Shown piece after piece: positions 14,506 through 25,383 of a stretch of 64,000 nucleotides of DNA. Source of the stretch: Massalongia carnosa (taxonomy: Eukaryota). The DNA lies in NCBI GenBank assembly GCA_965645245.1, contig OZ287078.1, positions 372,001-436,000 on the forward strand, read 5' to 3'. Each line of letters opens with the position of its first letter. The stretch's first letter is position 1. Below the pieces are notes generated by a model that saw only the letters and a program-made list of their open reading frames with translations, ran no database searches and was not told the DNA's origin. The position numbers and the translations under genes are program-made.

Positions 14506-15589
14506 CTAATCCAGCTCCGGCTGTACAATGGTATAAAGACTCTCGCACACCTTCTTCAGCGGCCTTCCTTCAACATCAGCATCCTGAAGCAAGGGACTGT
14601 TGCGCCAAAGAATGTTTTCAAAATAGTCTTTTGTCCCTAAGAAGCCTTCATGTTCGTCTTTCGCGCTAGTATTCTTCGGTTTCTCGAAGCACCTCTGTTG
14701 AGCTTTGTTCCTGCTGGCTCTCAAAATAATCTTAACGTCCAAGAGTTGTCGAATAATTGGATCATGATAGAGCAAGAAGCCATCGGCGATCCCGACACTT
14801 CACCCACTTCGAAACAATTCCGACCTAGTCAATAGAGCCCTCTTCGTCAGTCTCTTCCTGGCCAATAAGCGAAAGCGCACGAGCTCGATCTGTATTCTGA
14901 TCCAACTGTTTGTCGAATGCCGATATGAGGTTTCCGCTTCGCTTCGCATATTCTAAGCCTCTCCTCATGGCTGCAAAGTTAACTGCATCTTGACAATGAG
15001 CGTCGAGTTTACCATTGAGTGAAGTGATTAGATGATGCTTTGGAATTAAGAAATCATCTTGGTGGAGTATGAAGACGGAATTTGCGGGTGGAGAAATCAG
15101 GGATAATAGATGCGGTATCGCTATTTTGCCGAATGAAGCTACGCCGGATAGACCGATGAGTATTGCCAGCTGATTCCCAATGATTAGGAGAGTTTACGAG
15201 TCACGGACCACCGATCTAGATATCTCTTCGGGTACTGCAGATATTTCCTCAGGCTCTAGTGGTTTCTGCCTTGAGTAAGGAGGTTCTAGATTGGGCGGAA
15301 GTTTCTCGAGCATTGGAAGTTCGGTGATTACAGAGAGCGTGGAAGATTTTGCTTTGTGCTCTGGCTGCGAGATTGTGTCTGTCTGTTCTGGTTGAGTTGC
15401 TTCTTTGGACATGATGAAGAAATCTCGAGTCTCAGGCACCGTTGATGTTGTTTCGGTCAAGTTCGATTCAGGAACCGAAGTTGCTGGTGGATTAGAAACC
15501 GACGACTTCGGCACCTGTCCTGAATGGGCTTTCCTGTGCGTGGGATATCTAGGAGGCAAAGCTAGGATTTCTCGAAAGATATCCATCAC
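14506..15589 (-). pseudogene. Decayed nicotinamide riboside kinase (Nrk1)-like P-loop kinase with a Pro/Ser/Thr-rich N-terminal extension
   Basis: After an in-frame TAA (15194-15196) the frame continues ILIGLSGVASFGK...SVFILHQDDFLIP...LDAHCQDAVNF. After a frameshift (~14840) and a TGA (14800-14802) it reads VGIADGFLLYHDP...LDVKIILRAS...DYFENILWRN...DADVEG, the motif order of fungal NRK. Confidence 0.7.
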
Positions 15590-16381
15590 ATATGATGACG
15601 AGAGCTGATGTCGAGTGTTTTGCAGAACTCTTGATGAGAACCCAAAGATGGGAACCCAAGGATGAGAAGGGGGGTATATTTCTTGAGTTCACGACTGAGG
15701 GTGATTCATACGAGCAAAAAACAATGTACTATTTGGTTTCTGAACCTAGCTCGTCCTATATGGCAAACTTCATCTACTATGGAACGAGCCCAAGTCCCGT
15801 TTCTGTCAGTTTCTTTCTTCATTTTCTGTGTCCTAGACTCATTTTAATGACTTTTGCTCAAGTATTCATCCTTTCTCATACTCCTCTTTCAGAAAAGTAT
15901 GACTTGTAAGCACCATCACCGCTTTCCACACGTGGCTCTCAGTGCAGTGTAAGTGACCTTCGTCAAATTTCCTGCTCTCTTGAGGTACCCTTACAGTATT
16001 TCTCCCTGCATGAAGTGTCATTTATTATCCCAGTGATCACTCGAAGATATCTCAACATGATATTTAACGCAGGACTCCAACCTAAATATCCTTCAGCTTT
16101 TTATCCATCAAACACATCAATACCAACATCCAAATACGAACCCAAGACAAACACCCTTTCCGCCCAGACATCCACAAAAGCCTAAGTCTCTCTCGAAAAA
16201 CGAGAAGGCGAAATATCGCCCAGCGGACTTCCTGGTTGAGAATAGTGGCATTCTCAATCTTGACTAGTATGTACTCCTCCATCCCCAACCACTCTTCCCT
16301 TAACCTCCCTCTTGCTCCAAAGCCTCTCATCCTTCCAGCTCAAACCCCAAATAATAATAAAAACAGAAAAAAGAACAAAAG

Positions 16382-16714
16382 ATGTCCCGCTGCGGCCCCT
16401 GGGGTTGCTGCACCTGCGGAAACATCACCGTGGGCGCCTACTACTGCACTTGCTGCGGCCATTTCGTCTGCTTGGGCTGCAAATATTACGGCTACATTTC
16501 TCTTGAGGAAGTTCTTGGGGAAGCTGCCGACCCGGGTTTGGTTATTGTTGTTGCAGGTAATGTTGCTGCGGATGGAGTAGTGAACGGAAAGGGGAAGGAG
16601 ATGGGGATGAGGGAGATAAAGGTCATATTGGGGGGGGGGGGGGGGGGGGCGGAATGGTGTGAGGAAACTGGGGAGTTTGGAAGGCGCGACGGGGTATGTA
16701 GCATAAGAAGCTAA
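16382..16714 (+). CDS. Small Cys/His-rich putative metal-binding protein (copy 1)
   Basis: MSRCGPWGCCTCGNITVGAYYCTCCGHFVCLGCKY. A-rich context before the ATG. Same Cys/His skeleton as the ORF at 18861. Confidence 0.55.
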   Translation: MSRCGPWGCCTCGNITVGAYYCTCCGHFVCLGCKYYGYISLEEVLGEAADPGLVIVVAGNVAADGVVNGKGKEMGMREIKVILGGGGGGAEWCEETGEFGRRDGVCSIRS

Positions 16715-18860
16715 AAATATTTTAAAGCGGAGTAGCGAAGGCCGAAAACATGGAGGTTAGAGAAAGATCCGTCATGCGCGTGCGCATGTGGTTCCCTGAT
16801 GATAATCCTGGGGGGGATTGGGGAGGAGGGTCCGCATAGGGGTTTGGTTCGGGAGACCCGAAGAGAGAAAGGTTTTTTTGATTACGCGTAGTAGTAAATG
16901 TTAGGTGGGTAGGTAGCTAGGATAGGAAGACCTTTGAATCCTGTTTTTGTACGCGGTTCGGGTATTTCTATTTTCAAGCTCAATTTCAAGCTCGATGTTG
17001 CTTTTCTTTCTTTTTAGAACAATGGGTTTCATATGTGGGGGGTTAGTTGAGGGATAAGAATGAAATCATTCATTCATTCACATAGCTACATCTTTCCTCT
17101 TCTCTCCCCCCCACCCAACACCAATCCACCTCCATCATCGAACTATTCTCTGTTTACTCAGGGGGTCTGGATCTGCCCTAGCGAGTTTCGGTATCGAGTG
17201 GCTTGATCGATTCGAAGAATGAGGAAGGAGGTGGGATGGGGGAGGGGGTTTACGGGTGGATTCATTCATTCACGTATATCTTTCTTCCCCCTTTGGGTTA
17301 TTCTCGAGCACCCCCTATGCCGCCGCCGCCGCTGCCGCCGCTTTTATCCCCCTGACTTGAAATTTTATGCGGTGGGGGGAGGGGCGGTTTAGCGCAGCGA
17401 TAGACTGTTGGATATTTTTTTGTTTTAGGTGTTTTTATTTGTATGAGTTGATTTTTTGTCGTTATCGGCGTTTTCTTCTTTTTTTCGGTTATTTTTCTTC
17501 CATCATAATGTTTGCCGTTTCGGCGCTTTTTTTGGAGTTGCGAGATGTGTCTATACGTACGGGAGTCGGTTGGTCTCACTTGTTCGTTTATTTGTTTCAT
17601 TCATTAGCTATATGTGGAGGTAATATCTTCATTTCTAGTCATGACTATAACTATTACTATGATCATGGTTTTAGGAATAACGTTAATCTCTATTCATCCA
17701 TCCATCCATCCATCCATCCATCTATCCATCTATCCATCCATTCACCCATCCTCATAACTATGTAGCCGTGTTTACTATGTCCATTCTCATATTCATTTTC
17801 CCATAGTCCAATTTTTTTTTCTTTCAATTTCTGGGAATACTCGCCACCAAGGGCTACAAGGGGGGAGGGATTCTTATATTCGTCCTCATAGCTAGCTAGC
17901 CGTGCCTATTATGTTCCTAGTCATAGTCAATTCCCACAGTCCCTATATCCCATCTCGTACAGTCACCCCGGTGAAAGGAGACTAGGGTTTCCCATGCATA
18001 AGCCTGTTGTTCACGTTTCGTATGGTATGCTTTCAATTCACGAGTGGCTAGTTATCTATCTATCTATATGCAACTATCAACTGACTAACTAACGAGGGCA
18101 ATCGGGGCTTGTATTCATTATTGTTTTTCGTTTCGGTAGGTAGATGGTAGTAGCCGGGAGAGACGAGAAATAGACAGACAGACAGATTAGAGGACACAGA
18201 GAGTATAGACAGCATTGACAGAACTAGTTAAAGAACTAATTAAGTGGAGAAGGAGGAGTCGGCTATATATATACATACCTGCTGTACATATGTACGTATA
18301 AAACCCAAACCCAACCCACCCCCTTCGAAATTCTTTCAAGTCCCGTTATCGGAGAACAAACCACTCAACCAACAGATACACAAATCTACAAAACATACAT
18401 CCACCGAAGCCTCTCCACTACATATTAGGGGAAAGGGTAAGGGGAAGGAAAGACGAGGAGAGCAGAACTAGGGGTGATTTTAGGAGAGAGAGAGAAAAGG
18501 GAGGTTGGGTTAGGAGGAACGAGTTTGGTGGATGGGAGATAAGGTATGTATGCTACCTTATCTGTCTATATGCTGCTACATAACACCGGGAATCCGAACC
18601 TCCAAATTCCCAAGCCCCTACTGGCTAGAAGGCTAACCGACCAACCAAGCCAGCTTGGCATGAATCAAGTGACCAACTAACCTACCCAACTAACCAACTC
18701 ATCAGCTCCGTAGCAAACAAACAGACTTCCAGCCTCGGCCGACCGACCACCTCACAACCTCTCACCTTCACTACTATCATCACAACCGTCAGCTACCTCC
18801 CCAACCCCTAATCTTCCAACCACCACCTTCGATTTTTTTTTTAAAAAAAAAGAAAAGAAA

Positions 18861-19094
18861 ATGCCCTACGTATTCGGAATCTGGCAATGCTGCCAATGCG
18901 GTGTTGTCAGCCGCGGCAGCCCCAACTGCCCCAACTGCAGCCATTTGTGCTGCTTCAGCTGCCCCTATCTGCACGCGCCGTGGAGAGAGGGGACCATGGG
19001 TGGGAGAGAGGAGAAAATGGAGGATGGAGGGCAACATGAGGAAATGGACGGGGGAAGGGAGGAGAAAGGGGATGAGGAGATGGGGGGATGTTAG
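18861..19094 (+). CDS. Small Cys/His-rich putative metal-binding protein (copy 2)
   Basis: MPYVFGIWQCCQCGVVSRGSPNCPNCSHLCCFSCPY. AAAAATG start context. Paralogous motif to the ORF at 16382. Confidence 0.55.
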   Translation: MPYVFGIWQCCQCGVVSRGSPNCPNCSHLCCFSCPYLHAPWREGTMGGREEKMEDGGQHEEMDGGREEKGDEEMGGC

Positions 19095-19467
19095 GATAGT
19101 CGGGGAATGGGGGTGGTGTATTATAATAGGCGGGAGGTTTAGGTGTTTTTGTGTGCGTGCAGGCTTTTGGGATGATGCGTGTTGTGAGGTTGTGTCTAAT
19201 ATATTTTAAGACGGGTTGTATACTTACTTGTTTAGCTACGGAAGTGATTGTAGAGATTTCGGCATTGCAGAATGTTTGTTGATTAGACCCAGTAGGGCGA
19301 ACCACAGTGTTTACCGATATCCGTCTCTAAGCGAGACTAAACCTTTCCCCAGGTTTTGACCTCCTTACCTCACCTCATCTCACCACACTCCCTTCCCGCC
19401 CCCTTCCTAATTCTACCTACCACTCGGGTTATTTTAAAAAAATAAAAAATAAAAACAAAAACAAAAA

Positions 19468-20649
19468 ATGTCCAGCCCGTTACGGATCCTCGTGCCGGTC
19501 AAGCGCGTAATAGATTATGCCGTGAGGGAATCCCCCAAAGATACCCCCCCTTCTCCCTCTTCTCACTCCCTCTTCTCATCCCCCCAAAAATAAACTGCCC
19601 TTCTCAGACTCACACACAATTACTCACCAAAAATTAAACCCCCCCAAAAACAGATCAAACCGCGCCCCAACAAATCCCTCACAGCCATCGTGACGGCGGG
19701 GGTAAAACACAGCCTCAACCCCTTCGACGAGCTCTCCATCGAAGCGGCCGTGCGGTTACGAGAACTCTCATCCCCGCCCCCCCGGTCGTCCTCCTCCCCT
19801 AGCCCCCCCCACCCAACCCCGCACCCATCCACCCCACCCGTGAGTGACATCCTCGCGCTCTCGATCGGCCCTGCAAAATGTGTCGACGTGCTCCGCACGG
19901 CCATGGCCATGGGCGCCGATAGGGCGCTGCACGTGCTCGTCGATGAAGACGACGACGCTGAGGGGGGCGGGAGCGAAGGCGGGGAGGTGCGTGGGGAATT
20001 GGAGCCGCTGGCGGTGGCCAAGGTGCTGCGCGAGGTGGTGCGGAGGGAAGGGAGTAACCTGGTGATTTTGGGGAAGCAGAGCATCGATGGGGATAATGGG
20101 CAGACGGGGGCGATGCTGGCGGGGTTGTTGGGGTGGGGGCAGGCGACGCAGGCAAGCAAGATTACGTTTTTGCCGGGTTCGTCGTCGTCGTCATCGTCAT
20201 CTTCGGGGGGGGAGGCAGAGGGAACAGAAGGGGTTGAGGTGCCGCAAGTGGAAGTCATCTGCGAGGTTGACGGCGGGGTGGAAACACTGCGGGGCAAGCT
20301 GCCGATGGTGATCACGACGGACCTGCGGCTGAACGAGCCGCGGTACGCCAGTCTGCCGAATATCATGAAGGCGAAGAAGAAGGTGCTGGAGCGGAAGAGA
20401 CTAGGGGATTTCTTTGGTGGCGAGGGGGAGAAGGGGCCAGGCGGAGCGGGAAGGAGGTTACGGGTTTTGAGGGTCGAGGGTAAGTTCTTTCCTGGAGGGG
20501 TTGGGTTGATGGTGCATCCGCACGTGATGGTTACGTTGATGCTGACACGCTCTGACCGAATTACAGAACCGCCTCCGCGAAAAGGTGGAGGCAAGGTGGC
20601 GGATGTGGATGGAATGATTTCCAAGCTAAAGGAGCTAGGGGCTATATAG
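19468..20649 (+). CDS. ETFB: Electron transfer flavoprotein beta subunit
   Basis: MSSPLRILVPVKRVIDYA|IKPR...KHSLNPFDELSIEAAVRLRE, ILGKQSIDGDNGQTG and DLRLNEPRYASLPNIMKAKKK. Introns 19522-19653 and 20480-20566. Confidence 0.95.
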
Positions 20650-21124
20650 TTGCTGTTATCCAGCCTATTCCGAGACATAACGCTCCCCTAGACGTGTCCT
20701 CGCCCAGCTCGGCTGTACTGTAGAATAGGATACCTATAACCCCTCGTAAGCCCTTGTTGCCGTCTTGTCCAAGGTTCCATCGCCATTGCTATATTGACAA
20801 AACCACTGCTGGCAAAACTACCGACCGATATCAGGAAAGACTCGGTCTAGAGAAAGAGAGTGCCACCGAAAGATAGGGAGGATATCAAACTTGGAAGGAG
20901 TGAACAGAAAGAGGAAATCACCGCCGTACATGCTCGCAGAAGTGCTAGATAGAATAAGGGAAGAGGGTTCTGAAACATGAGTATCCCAAGGCCCGCCACT
21001 CTCGTTACCCAACTATATCGTTAACCAGAGGTCTCGTCAATCAAGTGTCGCGTGATCTGGCATTTCGTCATCTAGGCATTCCAACATATATGCATTCGTT
21101 ATTCGGCGATCCTGCCAGCTAGAC

Positions 21125-22260
21125 TCATGGAGATCCAGACTCGGCCACCTGGCTTTCTTCCACCTTCGTGCCGTTGCTGCCAATCCACTCTGGTACTAAT
21201 ATAGCCAAGCCGACATTATCCAAGTCCTGGGTCAGAGCCTCTTTGGCTTGTTGGATCTGCCTATCCATGTCAGAGGCGGCGCCCATGACGGAGATGATGC
21301 TCTGGGCGAGCTCTGCCATATCTTTGAAAGAAGGCGAAGTCCCCTCTTGGTATTCACGAGCCATCTCTAGGATGAATTGGCCGTCCACGTCCAAAGTCTT
21401 GCTGATGCGGTGAAGCGCCATCTGGCTCTGCTGTAAAAGGCTAGACATGACCCCAACGGTCTGACCAACCGTTTGCATTTGAAAGTCGATAGGTGGACTA
21501 GAAAGTGACATGGAATGACCGTGCAGTTGCAAATTCCCGGGCTCTGGGGAATGGGCCTCATACAGACGACGAAACTTTGTGGGGGGGCCATTGGTGGAGC
21601 TGGAGTTAGAATTCGAGTTGGAGTTGGAAGCAGAACGCGCGCGCTCCTTGGCAGCGATATAATTAATCTGTTCTTGAATAGCAGGCTCAATGGTCATTGA
21701 ATGAGGACCCATGCCAGGATGATGGGAGTTTGGATAATGGGGATTGCATTGTCCAGAGCGCCAGACTCCATAAACGGGGCGGGGATTGGTAGCATTCCTG
21801 CCAGCAACAGCTGGACCTACTGGCCTGTCAGCGGAGATCTGGGATACGCAGCTACGTAGAGCCAAGGCCACTCACGCCCTGGCTCAACTTGCAAAGGCCC
21901 ATTAGCAATCTTTCCAGTGATATAGTGCGCATACAGACAATCCTCATCGCTCCACTTGCAAGCCCCGTGTTTTGCCCAGAAGTAGCACGTAAGATGCTTC
22001 ACGGAAGGTAGACTTGAGACGGGACCTGTGAAGGACGGCTTTGGGGGTGAGATGGATTTTGGTGGAGAGATGGCTTTTGGTGGGGAGATGACCCGCCAAG
22101 ACTGGGCGGTCATGGCTGTCTGGGTAGGTGAAGGCAGACGTGAATAATACGATGGCATTGCAGGAGTGGTCGAAGTATTCCAGATCGACATGCGTTGATT
22201 ATCGTTAAGATCCCGAATATCGGTTTGGAGACGGGCTTGAGGTGGTAAATAGTGGTTCAT
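21125..22260 (-). CDS. Single CCCH zinc-finger protein
   Basis: KHLTCYFWAKHGACKWSDEDCLYAH motif. Intron 21817-21875 (GTGAGT...CTGAC...TAG) joins the two ORFs as EPGRPAVAGRNA. Confidence 0.8.
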
Positions 22261-23460
22261 GATCGCTGTATATGTTTGAACTCCGTATTTGAACTGACCA
22301 CCGGTATTGATTTGCGATGGGTGGGGTGTTAGGGTGAAATTTCTGTATATGGCTTTCGATGTAGCGAATTTAGTATGTAGAGTACTATAATGGGACTATG
22401 TGGTATGTGAAGGGGTTCTGGATAGAAGAGTTCTAGGATGAGGGTCCTTCAGGTGAGAGGAATGAGAAAGAAGTGAGAATCATGAGCAAAGGTGGGGGGC
22501 GGGGGAAGGAAGAGCGATGAAGTGGTGTTGAACATACAGTCAACGCGGGAATTGCGTAACCCTAATTCGGTTCGCACGATGAATTGATGAACGTTCAGCG
22601 AAAAGATCATATTGTTGCCTAAAGGAAATAGGAAACCCAGAATCCGAGATTCATTCAACAGGCATTCATGGTAAGAGGAACGCAGTCACTGAAGTATGAT
22701 CGATTACTATTCAATGAAATGTAACTATGAAGCTGCAGGTACAAGTGCTAATAAGAGAGGATAAAAGGCAGAGTGGCAGAGTGGCATTCTTACAGCTTCA
22801 GCTTCTTGTGGATAAAGATGGAGAAATATTAATTAGTATCAGCCGGTAAAAGTCTGCTCAACCTTTTCAACTCCCAGAGAGGTAAATGGATAGAGCCTCT
22901 GTCGTTCACCCTGATGTCTCAGGCTTGATCACTCTTTCTGCCGGCCTGTTGGAAAGCCTACCCAGGGTACACCAAAAGGTACATTATCACTTGGTTTCCC
23001 AACACTCTGAACGGCTTAACAGTCCCAATAAAGGAGACGTGGACGAGCTCCTGGATGAGGTCATCAATCGATGCGGATTCAAAGGGAAAGAACTAGGAAT
23101 GAAAAACGATCCTCGATCAAAACGATCATCACGTGATCAGTCCGCTTCAGAAACATCGAAATCGGAAATTACACACTGGCGGTTGCTCAAGCACAACAAC
23201 CACGGCGAATCTTCAACTTTACATGTTGCAGACTCATTAATCAAGACGGAAGCTTATCGAGGAAGCAACAGCACGAACGAGCAGCCGCATCAACGGGTTA
23301 CGGCTGTAGGAAAGTTTTGGTAGTGGATTCAAGCCTTCAGCTGAAAATGGCTTCGATACTACTTCGCATACAGGCGTTGATACCAAGCGGGATATGACTC
23401 TGGGCTAAGGTTGCTTATCAACCCGACGGCATAAATTAACACATCTACACGTACCTAGAG

Positions 23461-24657
23461 TCAACTAGCAACTTGGGCGGCATGACCTTGCACAAGCCCC
23501 AATTTCTTTGCCTCACTAGCCACAATCTCGGGAATCTCGTCAATCAGGCTTTTCTCTTTGGGCGACCAGCCAAGGAGCTTTCGAGCTCGAATGGCCCGGG
23601 CTCGGGAGTTGCCACCCCATAAAAGCGCGCCCCATGGAGAAAGGCGATTTGCTTCTTCATTGGATACCGTAACCACTTCATCCGATGGAAGCAACCCTTG
23701 TTTATGCGCAGTGGTTGCAACCACTTGAGAAATCTCGCCCCATATGATGTCGCCGTTTTCAGTAAAGTAGTATCCCTCTTTTCCCCATGTTGCCTTTCCA
23801 CCTTGCTTAACAGCTGCTTCCACAAGAGTCACATAGCAGTCGCTGAGGTCATAGATGTGGACGCTGGTCCAATAGGTTCTTCCAGGCCCAACTTGAATGC
23901 CACTTTTCTTTTCGAGAGTTACCCTGGAAAGTTCGTACACTTGATGTCCTCTTTGGTTGCCAGGCCCTCGACCTTTGCCATATATTGTTGGTGGGCAAAC
24001 GATCGCGGTTTTGATCTTCGATTCATTCTCCATTCCCGCAGCAAGAACAACTTTATCAACCTTTCGGTGAGGCGCAAAATCAGGTAGCGAGGTGACCTGT
24101 TCAATGCCTTCCCAATCGTCATAAATTTTGGCAGACGCTTCTCCGAATATTTTACGTTCCAAGTCAGCATACATTAGAATGCTGGTCCCTGATGTATGTA
24201 TTAAATATCCAGGATGCTCTTGAGAGCGACCAGCAAGTCCCTTGATCAGCGCTTTCGCAGCATCTTCATGGTCGGCATTGGCAAAGTCTACCATCAAGCG
24301 CTCATTAGCAATCACTAGCAAGGGCATATTTTTTTAAAAAAAGAGGCAGTGACAATCCTTGCAGACTTTAACTCACTTAACACGATATCTACCTTTCTGG
24401 CCTCTTGCTCAAGCAGTTCGACGTTGTCAAGGTTGCCATAGACAAGTTTAATAGTTGGATATTGACTTGCTACTTGAGCACCTTTGTCGATATTACGAAC
24501 GAGAGCAGTCACATCATAATCGGGATGAGCTTGCATGAGAGTATAGAGAGCATCTCCGCCAATGTATCCCGTCGCTCCTGTGCTATTGACCATGAATTAG
24601 CATGGGACTGTGTTGGAACGTTCCATTCGCGACTAACACAAATATCCTTGGTGTCAT
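23461..24657 (-). CDS. NAD(P)-binding extended SDR / NAD-dependent epimerase-dehydratase family protein
   Basis: MTPRIFV|TGATGYIGGD Rossmann motif (intron 24583-24637), second intron ~24288-24377, then IHTSGT, CPPTIYG and VHIYDL. Confidence 0.9.
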
Positions 24658-25383
24658 TCTCGGCTTGATGCAGTCAATGCGCTCGAAAATATACGATATG
24701 TTTCAATGTAAAGAGCAATAGTGAGAAGCATATCTTTGCTTGTGTGATATAACCCCATTGCCGAACCCCTCACCTCCTGGTGACGTGAGAGATAAAGTTC
24801 CTTCGACGTCACCGCAATAGAACACGAGCAACCGCCTCGTTCTTTGATGTAGAAGGTTAGCAGTCATTGAAATGGGTCTCATCTTGATATCATGATAGGT
24901 CGAAAAGGAGAAAAATACCATTCGTGGTTGTCGAGTGAATAAGTCACAAATGTAAGTACGGAGTACATGTTGCACTTCCGGGTAATGTTCATAGAGTTAG
25001 CCCGCGTTAGGTCTAGCGCTCTACTCGTAGATGATTGCGAGAGTCCAAAATATGATACCTAACGTTTTTGGAATAACACCCAGACCTACTAGCATTCATC
25101 ATTGAACTCACATCTTCTCCTCGATCACCTTTCCACTCCCAGCCCAACTCATAATTCTGTCATTTCTCATCAACTTCCTCTACACTCACCAGCATACCAT
25201 TTAACTTCCTTTATTGACAGCACCGATTCAACTTAACCAAGGGAATCCACAACGGTTAGCTGCAACAATAATTATCCCCAGAATACTATTATCTAAATCC
25301 CATATCATATAGTATAGCAGCCGCAAATGTGCGTTAAGGCAACGCCTATAATTAAATAGGATCTACTGACGGGTAAGAGTCGG

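Noticed and set aside
18580..18660. tRNA-like A/B-box look-alike on the minus strand (TGGCTTGGTTGG...GGTTCGGATTCCC)
   Set aside because: No acceptor or anticodon stem can be formed; lies in simple-repeat DNA.
19620..20678. 352-aa antisense ORF over ETF-beta, and similar antisense ORFs over THO2, CPA1, GCS1 and the repeat tail
   Set aside because: Shadow frames of GC-rich or repetitive coding DNA with no independent motifs.
22886..23323. 145-aa ORF between the CCCH gene and the SDR gene
   Set aside because: No motif or splice evidence; may be a chance ORF.
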